A stretch of DNA of 64,000 nucleotides from Octopus vulgaris (Eukaryota): the NCBI GenBank assembly GCA_951406725.2, contig OX597814.1, positions 144,894,001 through 144,958,000 on the forward strand, in the 5' to 3' direction. Both the position numbers and the translations under genes were made by a program. Below the pieces are notes generated by a model that was not told where the DNA came from, made no database searches, and saw only the letters and a list, made by a program, of their open reading frames with translations. Shown in pieces: positions 12,821 to 26,774 of this stretch; position 1 is the stretch's first letter, and each line of letters starts with the position of its first letter.

Positions 12821-13708
12821 AATCACGATGTGTCAATGATGATGATTATGATATCGACAGCAACTAAACGAAGATGACAATGTTATTAATGATGTTAATG
12901 CTGTTGGTGATGATAATGTCGTGGCTAAGACGAAGTAGTCAGTTATAACAGTAGTAGCAGTAGTAGTAGTAATAGTAGAAAAAATAGAAGAAGAAGGAGA
13001 CGTAGAAATAGCAGAACGGAAAGGAGAAAACGAAGAACACGAAAAGAGAAAGAAAGAAAGTATAAAAAAAGAAAAGGAAATAAAGAATGTAGAGAAGAAA
13101 AAAGAGAGAAATAAAGCTGGAGAAGAGAAAGAAATAAGACATAAGAAGAAAAATAAAAATATAAAAGGATAGAAAAAGAAGGCAAATAAAACGCAATTAC
13201 GTTGTCAGTCCAAATGACTGACTGTTATCCATGAAACTAAATAAAAACAATACAGAGATTATAAATGAGAAAAGTTTGAAATGAGTATATTTAGAACAAA
13301 CGACAGCCTCTCTTTGCTGCACAGTTTAATAACAATCTTGATAGGACTGGGCCATAAATTGTTATGTAAAACATCAGAGTCTACTTGAGCAATCTTGGTT
13401 GAGATTAGTTTGATAGTGTGATATCAGAAACTCTTCCTGTAATAAGTCTTTCTCACTAGTGAAGGAGACGACTAATAAATCAGTGGATTTCTACTCAACA
13501 CGTCCCACATCGTCTACGTATAGAAATAATTATGTATATATGTATATGGATACTGTACGCATATTCTTTTATACATAAATATATATACATAAATATATGC
13601 ATATGCCTACATACTTTACACGCTCACATACATATACACATATATGTATATGTGTATATATGGGCGTGTACGTGTCTGTATAATATAAATATACATAAAT
13701 CTGTATTA

Positions 13709-13770
<62 letters not shown>

Positions 13771-13912
13771 GTATGTATAAAATAATTACTTATATCATAC
13801 ACATAATATATATACATATAAATATAAATATATACATATAAATTTAAAGTATATGTAAGTATATACATTTGTAATATATATGCTTATATGTGTTTATGTA
13901 TTTACGAAACAT

Positions 13913-13959
<47 letters not shown>

Positions 13960-14067
13960 TATATGCATATATATATATACACAAATATCCATATATATAT
14001 ACACAAACATATATGTATAATATATGATATATGCGTGTGCATATGTGTGTACATGTTTGTGTGTGTG

Positions 14068-14130
<63 letters not shown>

Positions 14131-15114
14131 GTATGTATATATATACACATATATATATATATGTATATATACGCATACACATTCATATTTATATGCATAT
14201 ATATCCATACATACAGATGTAAACACAGAATTGTATATGACCATAGAGATGTTTATACTCTTTAAGCTGTATTGTCATACACGAGTATACATACATTCAT
14301 GGACACTTGTAAAAACAGAAATATACGCAAAGAATTACATTGAAACTCATTCATAAATGTACCTATATATGTGTGTACAGATATAATAAGTGTAACTATG
14401 TTAATAACACGCACACTTTCACAGTTTCTGAAACAGACACATTTACTGCTTCACACACATATAATTTGAAAAACCACTTAGAATTGAGAGTAACTATAAA
14501 TTCTTTCTATGACTCAATAACAGTAAATCATAGCTTATATTAGACATACATTCCAGAGAAACTAACGAGTGGCTGAATATAATGGGAGCGGGGCGTGGAA
14601 GCCTTAAAGTAAAGATATTCGAGTGAGAAAGATGGAGATGGAGAGAATAAGGTTAAGAAGGAATTAACTAGTTACTACTGTTAGATAGAAAATTGTGAAT
14701 GAGGAAGAGAAAAACAAAGCGAGATGGGAATTAAGAGGGGGGGGGGAAGAAGACGACGATGGCGACGAAGAAGGAGCGTGAAGAAAATGTGCTGTAATTC
14801 TCAAGTATTTGCATCCAAGGATATATGAGGGAATCCATTATTTATCATGTGATATTTTGGAATAGTCACAAGGGAGCCCGTGTTTTAATTTCAGCGTAAG
14901 TGGATTAAATGGTTTTTCAATATTTAATTTGCAAGGGGGGGGGGGATCGATGTCATGCTAGCTATCGTTGGAGCACGTGGGAGCAAAACACCGAGTTCAA
15001 ATCCCGCTGGAGGTCAATTTCAGTTTCAATTGCCCCTGGGTTTCGATAAAATAGCAAAGAACTCCTGTAGATGTTACTAGATTATATTCTTACAACGCAA
15101 ATCAAAATTTGATT

Positions 15115-15410
15115 TGAAGAGGAGGTTGACTAGCCGAATTGTTAGAGTATTGGAAACAATATCTTACAATAATTGGCTGTGTGTTCGAATCACACCGAGG
15201 TCAACCTGGATCGATAAAATAAATTACTCAAGTACGGTCGTCATTTATAATCAATCTTCCGGTTTTTTACGCTCTCAGTTCAAATTCCGCCGAGGTCGAC
15301 TTTACATATCATCCTTCTGGGGTCGATTACCAGTTGAGTACTGGGATCATTACAATCGACTAACTCTTCCTCTAGAAATTATCGGCCGTGTTTCCAAATT
15401 AGTATTATTT
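15115..15410 (+). mobile_element. Degenerate SINE family A copies
   Basis: GTTCAAATTCCGCCGAGGTCGACTTT...ACCAGTTGAGTACTGGG block. Confidence 0.65.
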
Positions 15411-15517
15411 CCAGTAAGGTGTATTTTTCACTCAAAATTTTGACGGCTGCGTGTAAATATAAAATCTTTTCAACGCTCTCACATGTGTGTGCGTGTGTAT
15501 GTGCGTGTGTGTGCGTA

Positions 15518-15573
<56 letters not shown>

Positions 15574-16059
15574 TGTGTGTGTGTTTGTGTAAACTGGAGG
15601 AATTGTAAGACTGTCGACCAAAATGTGTTGTAGTATTTGTCTTGGTTCTTTGTATACATTGCTCAAATGTCGTGTAAGTCAACAGTGCTTTCCATTCTTG
15701 CGAAAACAATAAATACCAGGCCAGAGCGGAGAGTGAGAGTAATTTCTAGAACGTTGGATAAAATGCTTTATTTTGTTTGTTCCGACTGCATCCGTTCTGT
15801 GTTCCCAGGAATGTTTAGCAAACTTGTTCACACCTCGTTGACAAGTTGATGTCTAGTGAAAAAAATTCAAATGAAGACAAAGACAAAACAATTTTTCTAT
15901 TCCTTTCAAGAAAATTCCATAACAATCACTGAGTTTATTAACGAAGCCATGCAAGAGCCTAAGCCTTAAAAAAAATTTTTTTATTGGATTCTCGTTGCTT
16001 CGACGAATGAGGATTCAGCAGGGGATCAACTGTAGTGTTCTTAGTTTGATATTTTACCG

Positions 16060-16325
16060 TTTCGTCTCATGTGGGAATTCAAGAATCCGAGAGATCCTAC
16101 TGCACACATTGCAATAGAAGATCATGCCATTTAGAAGAAGATTGGTCTCGGCTCTATGTTGGGCCCTTTTCTCCTTCAGAGTATTGGTATCGTTGCACCA
16201 GTATCGGACGTTGTCTGGTAGCAAGAGCTTGCCCATTATCTTCTATTTTGTAGTTCCGATCCCCACGTCTCCAAGTTTATCTTGCAGGCCTTGCCTTCAA
16301 ATATTTCTTTATATCAAGCAGATAG
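16060..16325 (-). mobile_element. Degenerate RTE-clade LINE 3' end
   Basis: Frameshifted minus-strand peptides DIKKYLKA / CKINLETW / EKRAQHR...FYCNVCSR resemble the RTE C-terminus with its C2H2-like motif. Confidence 0.5.
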
Positions 16326-16814
16326 AATACTGAAACATATCTTTCTAAATGAGTATTTACTTTTAAAATTAATTCGAGGATTTTTTATGACATTTAGAGC
16401 CATATTAAACTAATTTGATGCTCGTAGGAAGAAAATGGTAAGAAAGGAAACTCCCGAGATTTACAGTTATGTGGAGGAACTTAATGTACTGCTTGGTAAA
16501 TGGGCCCAGTAATGTTTAGGGGGAATGAAGAGGGAGATGAAGTGGGATGAGGGAAAAATTGGGGAACCTCGATTCGTGGGAGTAGAAGTCATTGTTAGCA
16601 GGAGAGACAGATGTTGTTTGTTTCTGACTTAAATATTGCTGACTCGTTCCACAACATTTCCTTGGACGTTGGCTAGCACTGGAGTTGCAGCACAGACCAA
16701 CTCACCTGACAAATCAGTTTTTTACGCTGTGATGACAGAGTAAAAGATTACTTTACAAGTGAAGTTCCCCAACATCTCCCGTCAAACCGCCACAAAAACT
16801 AAACTGTTGGTGTG

Positions 16815-17011
16815 TAATATATGTATATAATTTAGAGAAAACCTCTATTAAACAATTCAATAAAGAAAGATGTTATTCACACCATACAGAAAACATATAC
16901 TATAATAGAGGTTTTTCTCTAAATTATATACATATATTATATATTGTGAAGTTTGATTTAAAATTGTTAAATTGAATTTTTCCCTGTAAGTTTTGGAATT
17001 ATATTCCCTAC

Positions 17012-17016
<5 letters not shown>
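16815..17016 (+). mobile_element. Short fold-back insert ending in (TA)n (Penelope-like 3' remnant)
   Basis: Inverted arms 16815-16850 / 16903-16939. Arm and tail (TTTTTCCCTGTAAGTTTTGGA...ATTCCCTA) are homologous to 54544-54845. Confidence 0.6.
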
Positions 17017-17094
<78 letters not shown>

Positions 17095-17374
17095 CATATA
17101 TATATGTGTGTATGTATATATATATATATATATACATATATATTTTATATATATATACAGTATATATATATTGTGTATATATATATATATATATATTTAA
17201 AGTGAGTCCCTAGACAGTCGGTTGTTTCTACTCGACCCATATTTATATCAGAATGGAACTTTTAAATTTTCCTATATATATACATTATATATCGGTGAAA
17301 GCTGTGGTCAGGGTGAGGTACAACCTAACAGACACACAGAACACACACAGACAAACGCCGTTTATATATAGAAA

Positions 17375-17780
<406 letters not shown>

Positions 17781-20700
17781 TACTTTGATACTTTGATACT
17801 TTGATAGGTTTCGGCCATTATTGGCCCAGGCCATGTCTAACTTAATAGCACCACCTGGTGAAGTCTTTCAAGTAAGAATTTGGGCACTATGGCCCACTCA
17901 AGTAGAGAATTATTGTTTACAGAGACATATCCGGGTGTAGGGGGTTTATCCGGGATTTCTTGAAGGAATCTGTCCAAAGACTCTTGAACCCTATAGGGTC
18001 AGTTTCTGTTTTAATGTGTTTTGGTGTAATGTTAAAGAGAGCGGGGCCAATTGAGGTGAAATAATTGTGCCGTATTGTTGTTATGAGATGAGAGTGCGAT
18101 TTTTGTTTTGGGCGGATGGCACGGGGCCCAAGCCTTGGATGTACCTTAAAGGTGATGCCAACATCATTTGGGCAATGCTGATGGAATATTTTCCACATCA
18201 TGCAGATGATGTAGCGCTCACGACGACGTGAGAATAGAGTTTTAGCTTTTCTAGTCGACCCCAATAGTCGAGGCCTGTCATGCCATCTATCTTTTTTGTG
18301 ATTGCCCTTTGAGGTGCTTCAACTTTTATGATACCTTGTATTGTGTGGGGAGACCACAGTGGACAACAGTATTCAAGGTGGGGTCGGGCAAAAGTGGAGA
18401 AGAGAAGGATAATGGTGTGGATATCTCTCGACTGGAAAGTTCTGAGAATCCAGGAACACATTCTGCGGGCCATGTCAACTTTGGTGTTTATATGAGTGGC
18501 CCAGCTTATGTTGTTGTCCACAATTACTCCCAAGTCTCTGATGTTGTTGGACGCCGCGAGAGTTTCACCTGAAGGAAGGGAGTATGGGAGTTTCAGGGCA
18601 TCCTCTTTTCCAAAGTGGATTAGCTCAAATTTATCCTCGTTCAGCAGCATATTGTTTTTTTCTGCCCATTGGATAACAGCCAGTAGATCTGACTGAAGGC
18701 ATGTCCGGTCACTCGCCTCATTTATGACCTTCTGTAGCTTGGAGTCATCTGCAAAGATTTTTATGTTGCTGTGCTTGATGATGTCATTAATGTCATTAAT
18801 GTAAATGATGAAAAGAAGTGGGCCCAGCACAGTGCCTTGCGGAACGCCACTACTGACTTTGGCTGGGCTTGATTTTACCCCTTCAACTACAACATGTTGA
18901 GATCTGTCTGTCAGGAAACACCTAATCCATTTCAGTAACTTTCCAGAGACACCAATGTTGGATAGTATTTTCAATAGGATCTTGTGATCGACCCTGTCGA
19001 AGGCCTTACTGAAATCAAGGTAGATGACATCGGTGTTGGAGCCCTCTCCCAAAGCTCTCAAAATGTCCTCAAAGTGATGCAGGAGCTGCGTTAGGCAGTC
19101 CCTTCCATTACGGAACCCATGTTGGTTGGAGATCAGCCGTCTGTTGCTTTCCAGAAATTGGGTTATTCGAGATCTCACCACCCTCTCAAATACCTTGATG
19201 ATATGAGAGGTGAGTGAGATCGGACGGTAATTCACTGCAAGGGACTTGTTTCCCTTTTTGAAAACTGGGACAACAGACTGGGACAGAAGGTTTTTTGGAA
19301 TATAGCCAGCATCCAGTGAGTTTCTCCACAGATTAGCAAGGGGAGATGCAAGTTGGTGTCGACACACCTTCAGGACACAAGCAGGGAACCTATCGGGGCC
19401 TACTGCTGAATTGTGTTTTATTTCGTTTATCGCCGCTAAGACATCAGGGGCACTAAACGTTATGTCCGATATAGTGTGTTGGGGGTTGACATCACTGATA
19501 CAGCCCAGATCGGCCATATCAGGATTGCTGAAAACAGAGCAGTATTGTTTCTGCAGTATCTCGGCCATGGATTTGGCATTATCTTGGAGAGTGCCAGTTT
19601 CGTCAATTAGAGGGCCTACAGTGGAGACAGTGACCCTGCGTTTCCTCGCAAATGAAAAGAACACTTTGGGGTTGAGTTTGATTTTTTCAATGGCCCACTT
19701 CTCCTCAGCTGATCTTTGGTTATTGATGAGGGTCTTCATGCATTGTTGGAGGTTATATTTTTTGGATTCAAGCAGTGCGATAGCCGTCGAATGTGTGTGT
19801 TGCTGTTGGCAGTACTTTAGTTTGTTAATTTTTTTGTTTGTTCTTTTTATTTTTCTGATAATGGTTTTTCTGTTTTGGGGGATTCTGCACTTTTTGTTCA
19901 CAGGTCTTGGTGGGGAGTGTTTTGCACATATGTCTGTGACGGTGTCTACAAAGATCTGCCAAGATGTTTTATGGTTGGTGGAGATGTGTGTATGTGTAAA
20001 GGACCAGTCAACATTTGATAGCTCGTTCCTGATTGCATCCCAGTTGGCTTTATGGAGATCCATGTTGTCAAATGGGTGGGCTGGAGGAAGGTCACTAGGA
20101 TTAGCTTTCGGCTGGTGGAATTTCATGTTACAGAGAACCATGTCATGGTCTGAAAGAAGGGTTTTTTCCACTGTAACGTTATGTATAGTGTTAGTGTGGT
20201 TACTAAACACTAGGTCCAAAATGTTCTGATGTCTTGTTGGTGCAAGGACAAGTTGGGACAAGAAAAACTCATTCGTAAAGTCGAAAAGTGACTCTGCTGC
20301 TTCTTTGTCAGCGGTTGAGGCGGGAGTGCTTGGTTTCAAACAGTTTGTAGTACAGTCAACACAGGGTAGATTGAAGTCTCCCATCATGAGTATGTTGCTA
20401 GAATGGCACTGTTGAATAAAGCACTTAATGCTGTTGAGGCATTCTTTAAAGCACAGTATGGGTGTTTGGGGCGGCCTATAGAGCCCAATTACTGTCAGGT
20501 CATTGGCTTTGTTGTGCACGGTGACTGATTCACAGTAGCCGTTGGAGAATATACTATTTCCATCTGCCGTAAATGAATCATGCAGGAAAATGGCAGTTCC
20601 ACCCTTCCTCCTGCCGATACGATCCGCGCGGATGGTTGTGAAATTCTTCACTCTCACTTCGGCTTCCAAGTGGGAGTTGTCAAGGTGGGTCTCAGTGAGA

Positions 20701-21203
20701 ATGAAGAAAGGGATGTGGTGTGAATGGTTACCAACCCAGTCTTCAATGAATTGGACCTTCCATTTTTGTGCATTGATGGAAGGGCTGACACCTTGTGCAT
20801 TGAGTAGGAATGTGGAGGTTAGTGTAGTGGCTGGTTTTGACTGTTGCAGGGGGGTTGGATTTTTTGTGTGTGTTAGTGGCAGCAATGTGGGGAATTGGTG
20901 CACTGGGGTAATAGCATAGGATGGTGTTGAGTGATGGCTAGAATGTTTTTGTGTGTCTCTTTTGCCATGTTCAACATGGCTAAAAAAGAATTTTCCTGCT
21001 TAGGGAGCAGTTTTTGGCTGGATGTGTGGTTGCACTGTTGGATAGGGTTGTAGTTTCCACTTTTGTTGTTGTTGTTTTTGTGTCTTCCTGAAAAGACTGG
21101 ACCAGCATTACTGCAGCATGGTGTGTTTCTATTTTTATTGTTATTCAGGTTTGTGTGTTGGCTTGAGGCCCCGTTTCTGTTTGTGCGTCGTTTCTGTTTG
21201 TGT
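17781..21203 (-). mobile_element. CR1-group non-LTR retrotransposon, near-complete ORF2, in a (TA)n tract
   Basis: APE+RT ORF; 3' tail of (TACTTTGA)x3 on + at 17781-17804; (TA)n on both flanks; possible ORF1 remnant at 20900-21200. Confidence 0.92.
17917..20903 (-). pseudogene. LINE ORF2: AP endonuclease + reverse transcriptase (frameshift near 18230)
   Basis: 901-aa ORF with APE motifs (LTETHL, GLYRPP, MGDFN, LDLVF, SDHD) and RT motifs (YRPISLTS, QHGFR, YLDFSKAFDRVDH, GVPQGTVLGPLLF, FADD). The expected LYSL-RRRERY C-terminus continues in the 17917..18264 frame. Confidence 0.92.
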
Positions 21204-21216
21204 GTATATATATATA

Positions 21217-21262
<46 letters not shown>

Positions 21263-21364
21263 GGATAATCGAAATTCTTCCCTTTTGTTACTATATATAT
21301 ACATATATATGCATGCATACTTACATACGTACATACGTATGTGTGTGGGTGCGGTGTGTATCTT

Positions 21365-21735
21365 GTATTTTTTACTTCACTCATTCGACCGTAGCTATGC
21401 TTGGGCACCCCCTTGAAGTGTTAGTCGAGCATATCGATCTCAGTACTTATGTTTTTCAAGCTTAGTACTTATTCGATCTGTTTATGTTCCCGTAACTGGT
21501 AAGTTACGGGCACATAAACACAGTAGCAACGGCTGTCAAGCAGTGGTGTCACAAATTCATACGCAAAAACGAGCATGCGCGCACGCACACACGTACGATG
21601 AGCTTTATTCAGCTTTCGTGCATCAAATTCATCACAATCCTTTGGTCGGCCCGGGATTAGAGTAGAGGACACTTCCCCTAGATGTCATGCAGTACGACTG
21701 ATTCAAGAATCACGTGGTTGGGAGGTAAACCTCTT
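21365..21735 (-). mobile_element. SINE family C copy
   Basis: Collinear with 2190-2537 (CTTGAAG-TTAGTCGA...TAAGTTACGGG...CACGTGGTTG). Confidence 0.6.
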
Positions 21736-22199
21736 TCGACAAAGCCACTGTTTGCCTTGAACAGAACTTATTAGTAATGAGTGAGAACATGCCTGTATAA
21801 TTAAGAAGTTCGCTTCATAACTACGAGGTTTCACCTTCGATCCCTCTGCATGGCACATACAACAAATGTTTTCTACCATGCCTCGTATCCAAGAGACACT
21901 ATGTATGAAATTCAGTAGTTTGACATTTCCTAGAAGGCTATCATCGAAGTGAAGGACGGATGTTGTTCATATGTGGCAGATGTAATCTATCAGTCGGTTT
22001 AACGCCACTGCCAGATCCGTAGATGCTCTTTAGCACCGACAATGAAAACTGAGCAGATGATACCTGGTGATGATGATTGAGATGGTGATAGTGGCAATTA
22101 TAATGATGATAATGATGATAAGGATAATAACGATGATGATAAAGGTATTGATGATATTTCGTCGTTGGCGTTAACTCGTATCTGAATAGTAGATCTACA

Positions 22200-22400
22200 G
22201 CCAGTGATTGAGCCTCATCATCCTGATGGGTGTGAAAGGTGCTGATGCCTGAGGTGGCTGTTGAAGCCAAGAACAGTGGAGGGCATTTATTGTAAGGGAG
22301 AGTTAGTGGGGGACAGTGAAGTGCAAGTTTCTCTTTGTGTCTTGGGCGTCTGATCTCTGGCCCTTTTCCATCAGGTCTGTTCCTCGACAATATTTAAGGG
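22200..22400 (-). mobile_element. Degenerate RTE-like LINE 3' end
   Basis: Minus frames give NKCP and LGFNSHLRHQH, an RTE-type C2H2 terminus, followed by a short 3' UTR. Confidence 0.4.
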
Positions 22401-22962
22401 AAACAAAGAAACAGGTTCTTAAAATGAATTCTTAAGTGGGAACATGAGCGCAGGCAAGTTCAAAAGTCTAGAAATCATTCAAAGTCGCAGGAGTTGTGTT
22501 ATAAGTGCCTGGGTCAGATAGTTGAGCCGGGGTAACATACTAGCCTCCCTTCACAAAAACCCTGATTTCTTGAAGACTGGTTACGGCATCTGCTTTACTT
22601 TCCTGGCAATCATTTCAAAAACGTGAACAAGAAAAAACAAAATAACACGGCAACCAAAATACATCGTACGTCTGAAAAGGGAATGGAAACTCAATAAGAT
22701 GGTTCCGTTTGGTCTGGCTGTATGTCTGTCGATAGGTTGGACTTGTAATAGGACTTTAACACATCAGATTCTCTAGTGCAAATGGATGCTGAGATTTATA
22801 AGTCAATAAAAATTGAAGTACAGCAATCTCAGCAATCAAACTGCATTCATATTCTACGTAACAACATCTTGGGCGTTTGGGTGTGTATATATGTGTGTGC
22901 ATATGTATGTGTGCGTGTGCATGTACGTGTGAGTATATATATATATATATACCCACCCACAT

Positions 22963-23011
<49 letters not shown>

Positions 23012-23394
23012 CACTCATATACGTGTCAAAACCGTTATGATTAAAGTCCACAGAGCTTATCAACATAGAGATATACAGATGTTTGAAAGCAAGAAAGAAA
23101 GAAAGAAGAAAAGAACGAAATTGTATGTTATCAGCCGCTTACACTGAATGAAGAAATCATAAATGGAATATTCCTAGGGAGTTAAAGACATTAGCTTGTT
23201 GAATATAATTCTAAAATTATATTATTTATGAAGTATATAGGCTTATATATCTACACCACTTGTAATTTATTTCTCTCTCTAAACAGATATTAACAGTTTT
23301 TACTCCCGCTTCTTCCACGATGTGTTTGTGTGGAGTGGTAGATTTAGATAATAGATGTTTACACAAATAAAATGAACTCTCATCTGTTTGTCTG

Positions 23395-23395
<1 letters not shown>

Positions 23396-23489
<94 letters not shown>
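23396..23489. repeat. (TATC)n microsatellite
   Basis: Direct reading; another copy lies at 41879-41943. Confidence 0.95.
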
Positions 23490-23751
23490 GTCGAGCTGTC
23501 TGACTAACAACAAATATACTTATATGCATAGATGTAAGCATGTTTAAATTTACACGTAAATAATTATAGATATGAACACGTGCATGTATGTGCTGAGTGT
23601 ATACGCATATATTCGCACATTTGCACATGCAAACACGTTCAAACACATGCACACACGCAGACACACACACATATATATAGATGTGTGTGTATGAATATAT
23701 ATACATGAATATCTATGTACGTTAGCCACTTACACAATACACATTCATACA

Positions 23752-23825
<74 letters not shown>

Positions 23826-24030
23826 AGAGATAACGGTGTTATTGAGACCCAAAGGTGTCAGGTAATGCTGAATAAGTGCTATAGACAGACTATAAAGTTT
23901 CAGATTCGGTAATATTGCGAATAAAAGGTTCAACTTTGGTTCTATGCCAGCATGTGTATATAAGAATTTTTTGCGTAATAAGATAAAAAACCCAAAGCTG
24001 TATAGATATTAGAGCATTTATAGATAGAAG

Positions 24031-24082
24031 GTCTTACAGCTGTTTCTAGGATATTAATTACTAATATACCTTCATCGGAGAC
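24031..24082 (-). ncRNA. Minimal type I hammerhead-like motif (CCGAUGA core variant)
   Basis: Minus strand: GTCT-CCGATGA-AGGTATATT AGTAATT AATATCCT-A-GAAAC-AGCT-GTA-AGAC. Stem III is palindromic (ACAGCTGT), as in PLE-type minimal HHRs. Confidence 0.6.
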
Positions 24083-24406
24083 GGTGTGAGAGGAAAAGTT
24101 AAGTCATAGTTAGTTTCGATATGATACAAATAAAGAGTGAGGTGGAGGAAAGAAAATAATAGATGTAAGATATGTATGGGTATTGAATTTGTAAATCCGT
24201 TTTATCGGCATAATGGTATATATGCAAAATTCCAATATCCTTTGAGTAAAATCCAAAAGTCCAATGGAGTTTAATATTATGATTCCATCCAAATGTAAAG
24301 TTTATAAGCAATGTAAGATTCTCTTAAACTTGGTTATTCCCAGTAGGGAATATATATATATATATATAGAACAGAAAGTTGGTTTGTGAAAGCACGTGGT
24401 TGAATA

Positions 24407-24635
24407 TATAGAAAATAGTAAAAAGTGAAAAAACTACAGAAGGCTTGTTTTAAAAGGTTAAAGAATATATATTTAAGTCAATATGTCTGAAGAATATTAT
24501 AAATTTTTTTTTCTTACAATGACATAATTGTAAGAAAAAAATTTATAATATTCTTCAGACATATTGACTTAAATATATATTCTTTAACCTTTTAAAACAA
24601 GCCTTCTGTAGTTTTTTCACTTTTTACTATTTTCT

Positions 24636-24638
<3 letters not shown>
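24407..24638. repeat. Near-perfect long palindrome (arms ~113 bp, 6-nt loop)
   Basis: 24407-24520 is the reverse complement of 24527-24638 except for homopolymer length. Confidence 0.95.
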
Positions 24639-24674
<36 letters not shown>

Positions 24675-24797
24675 TACACAGACATACATGTATACATAAA
24701 AGATGCATATATATATATAAGTATATACACATATATATATGCATACATATATAAATATATATATATACATATATAAATAAATATATGTATGCATATA

Positions 24798-26048
24798 CAG
24801 GGTGGGGAAGCAAAATTTACAATATTTTGAGGCAGGGATTGAAAGACAGTGTATGACCAATTAGTTTATTGAAAGTCATGAGAATTTATTTGCCACAAGA
24901 ATATTTACATAATAGAAAATGTTTTTATTCTCTGTGTCCTCCTCCTTTCTCAATAACTGCCTTCACATGTTTCTTGAAACTTTCACAAGTGTTCCTCAAA
25001 TATTCGAGAGACAACTTCTCCCATTCTTCTTTAATAGTATATTTAAGAAATTCGATATTGCTGTGTGATGTTCTATTGTTAGCGTGTTCTAAAACGCCCC
25101 AAATAGCATAATCCAGAGGGTTTACAGCTGGGTTAGAAGGCGGCCATAAACATGATTCCAAAATGTTGCTAAAGCTGGATTTGCAGGAATCTTGTAATTT
25201 CCTAGCTGTGTTCATCCTGTGTTCATATATAATTACCATCTGGGTAGTTTGCTTTAAGCCATGGCAATATCTGGTATCTCAGAGTCTTGTAGTAAGTATT
25301 AACATTGATCTTTTCATCAGCTTTGTAGAATTTTATAGGCATTTTCTTTCCATCGGAAGCCACAACACCAAAAGCCATAACTTGAGCAGGATGTTTTGTT
25401 TTGAATGTCCCCTTAACCCCAGTTGTCAATTTTGCGATAAATCTGCGGTTCAGAACAGCATCGACAGTGAAGATCTTTCCTCTGAAAAGATCGTTACAAT
25501 GGAGGACTTTTTCTTGAATCATGTAATAATTTTCTTGCACCTTTCCAATCTCTTTTCCTTCATAGCTGTTGTCAACAAGTGTTTTGCTGTTCTTGTGTAA
25601 GATTTTAACCTCAAATCATAGTTTACTGCATTTCTAATGGTCTTGTTGTCTACCTCAAGTTCAATTGCCATTTTTCTTATAGATTTGGTTGGATCCTTTA
25701 GGATTTTGGATTTGAGAGCTTTAATAAAAGCTTTGTTGGGTTTTCTGTTGATTCCTCCACTTCCAGACTTCCCTCGTAATAGTTTTGCTCATAGTCATTC
25801 TATTCTTTACATTATAAACAGTCTTTATGGAGACTCCAACTATTCTTGAAATCTCCTTTCGTGTGACGAATGCATCAGCAAATCACACACTCTTTGACGT
25901 TTGCTTTCCTGATTACTCATATGGACAAACGTTTCTGAAAACGTAAGGATAATAGTTTTAGGTATGGCTATGACATTAATATATTTCAAAACAATTGACT
26001 TAGTGCCTGCTAAAACAGGACAACTTAACTTTCATTGTAAATTTTGCT
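24798..26048 (-). mobile_element. Decayed Tc1/mariner transposon (maT/DD37D-like)
   Basis: TA-CAGGGTGGGGAAGCAAAATTTACAAT TIR with a partial inverted copy at 26034-26048. Transposase remnants VMAFGVVASDG...ILPWL and WPPSNPAVNPLDYAIWG are broken by stops and frameshifts. Confidence 0.85.
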
Positions 26049-26723
26049 GTGGCTGTTAATCTATGTGTGTGCTTGCGCTTAGTATAGTTTAAGGTCATAG
26101 GAAGAATTTATACTAGGAGTGGCTCATGTTGTGTCTCTACCTACACATGTGCGTAGCAGAATGGTCAGTGGAAGGTACTGGTTGTTTGAAGTATGTGTGT
26201 GTGCGTGTATGTATATGTAGTGTGTGTGTGTGGGGAATAACTTTGTTCTACTTTGTGTATGTGTGCGTGTGTGCTTGTATATGCATATATATATATATTT
26301 ATACATATATATACATACATATATGTACATGCATATGTATACATATATATACGTATATATACATATGTATATACACAATTATATACATAGATATATATAC
26401 ATATATATACGCACACATATATATAAACATATATATACATATATATATAGAGAGAAAATATATTTTAGATTTTGTATCTTTTCATTTGTCTTGCTCGCTT
26501 ACGTTCTGGCGTTTGCTAATTTTTGTTGAGAACAATCCTTTCTTATGGGTAAGACAACAGAGGGTCTACTTCTAGCATAATGGATGTCCACTTAGTGGTC
26601 ATCCCTATTATATGTATATAATATAACTTTTGTGAATCTTCAGATTTTTCAATATGCTAGACCACTGGTTTTAAATTGATATTAATCAAATTAATATTCA
26701 ATTTCTCACCCTTATTATTTTAA

Positions 26724-26774
<51 letters not shown>

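Larger units (their letters stand above)
23826..24638 (-). mobile_element. Non-coding Penelope-like/retrozyme insert with hammerhead motif and 5' fold-back
   Basis: Bounded by TA-rich tracts; HHR-like motif at 24031-24082; ~113-bp-arm hairpin at 24407-24638. Confidence 0.65.

Noticed and set aside
17200-17372. Possible Helentron/DINE-like end (ACAGACACACAG...TTTATATATAG)
   Set aside because: Single copy in the window; diagnostic subterminal repeats not established.
19411-20229. 272-aa plus-strand ORF
   Set aside because: Antisense shadow of the LINE ORF2.
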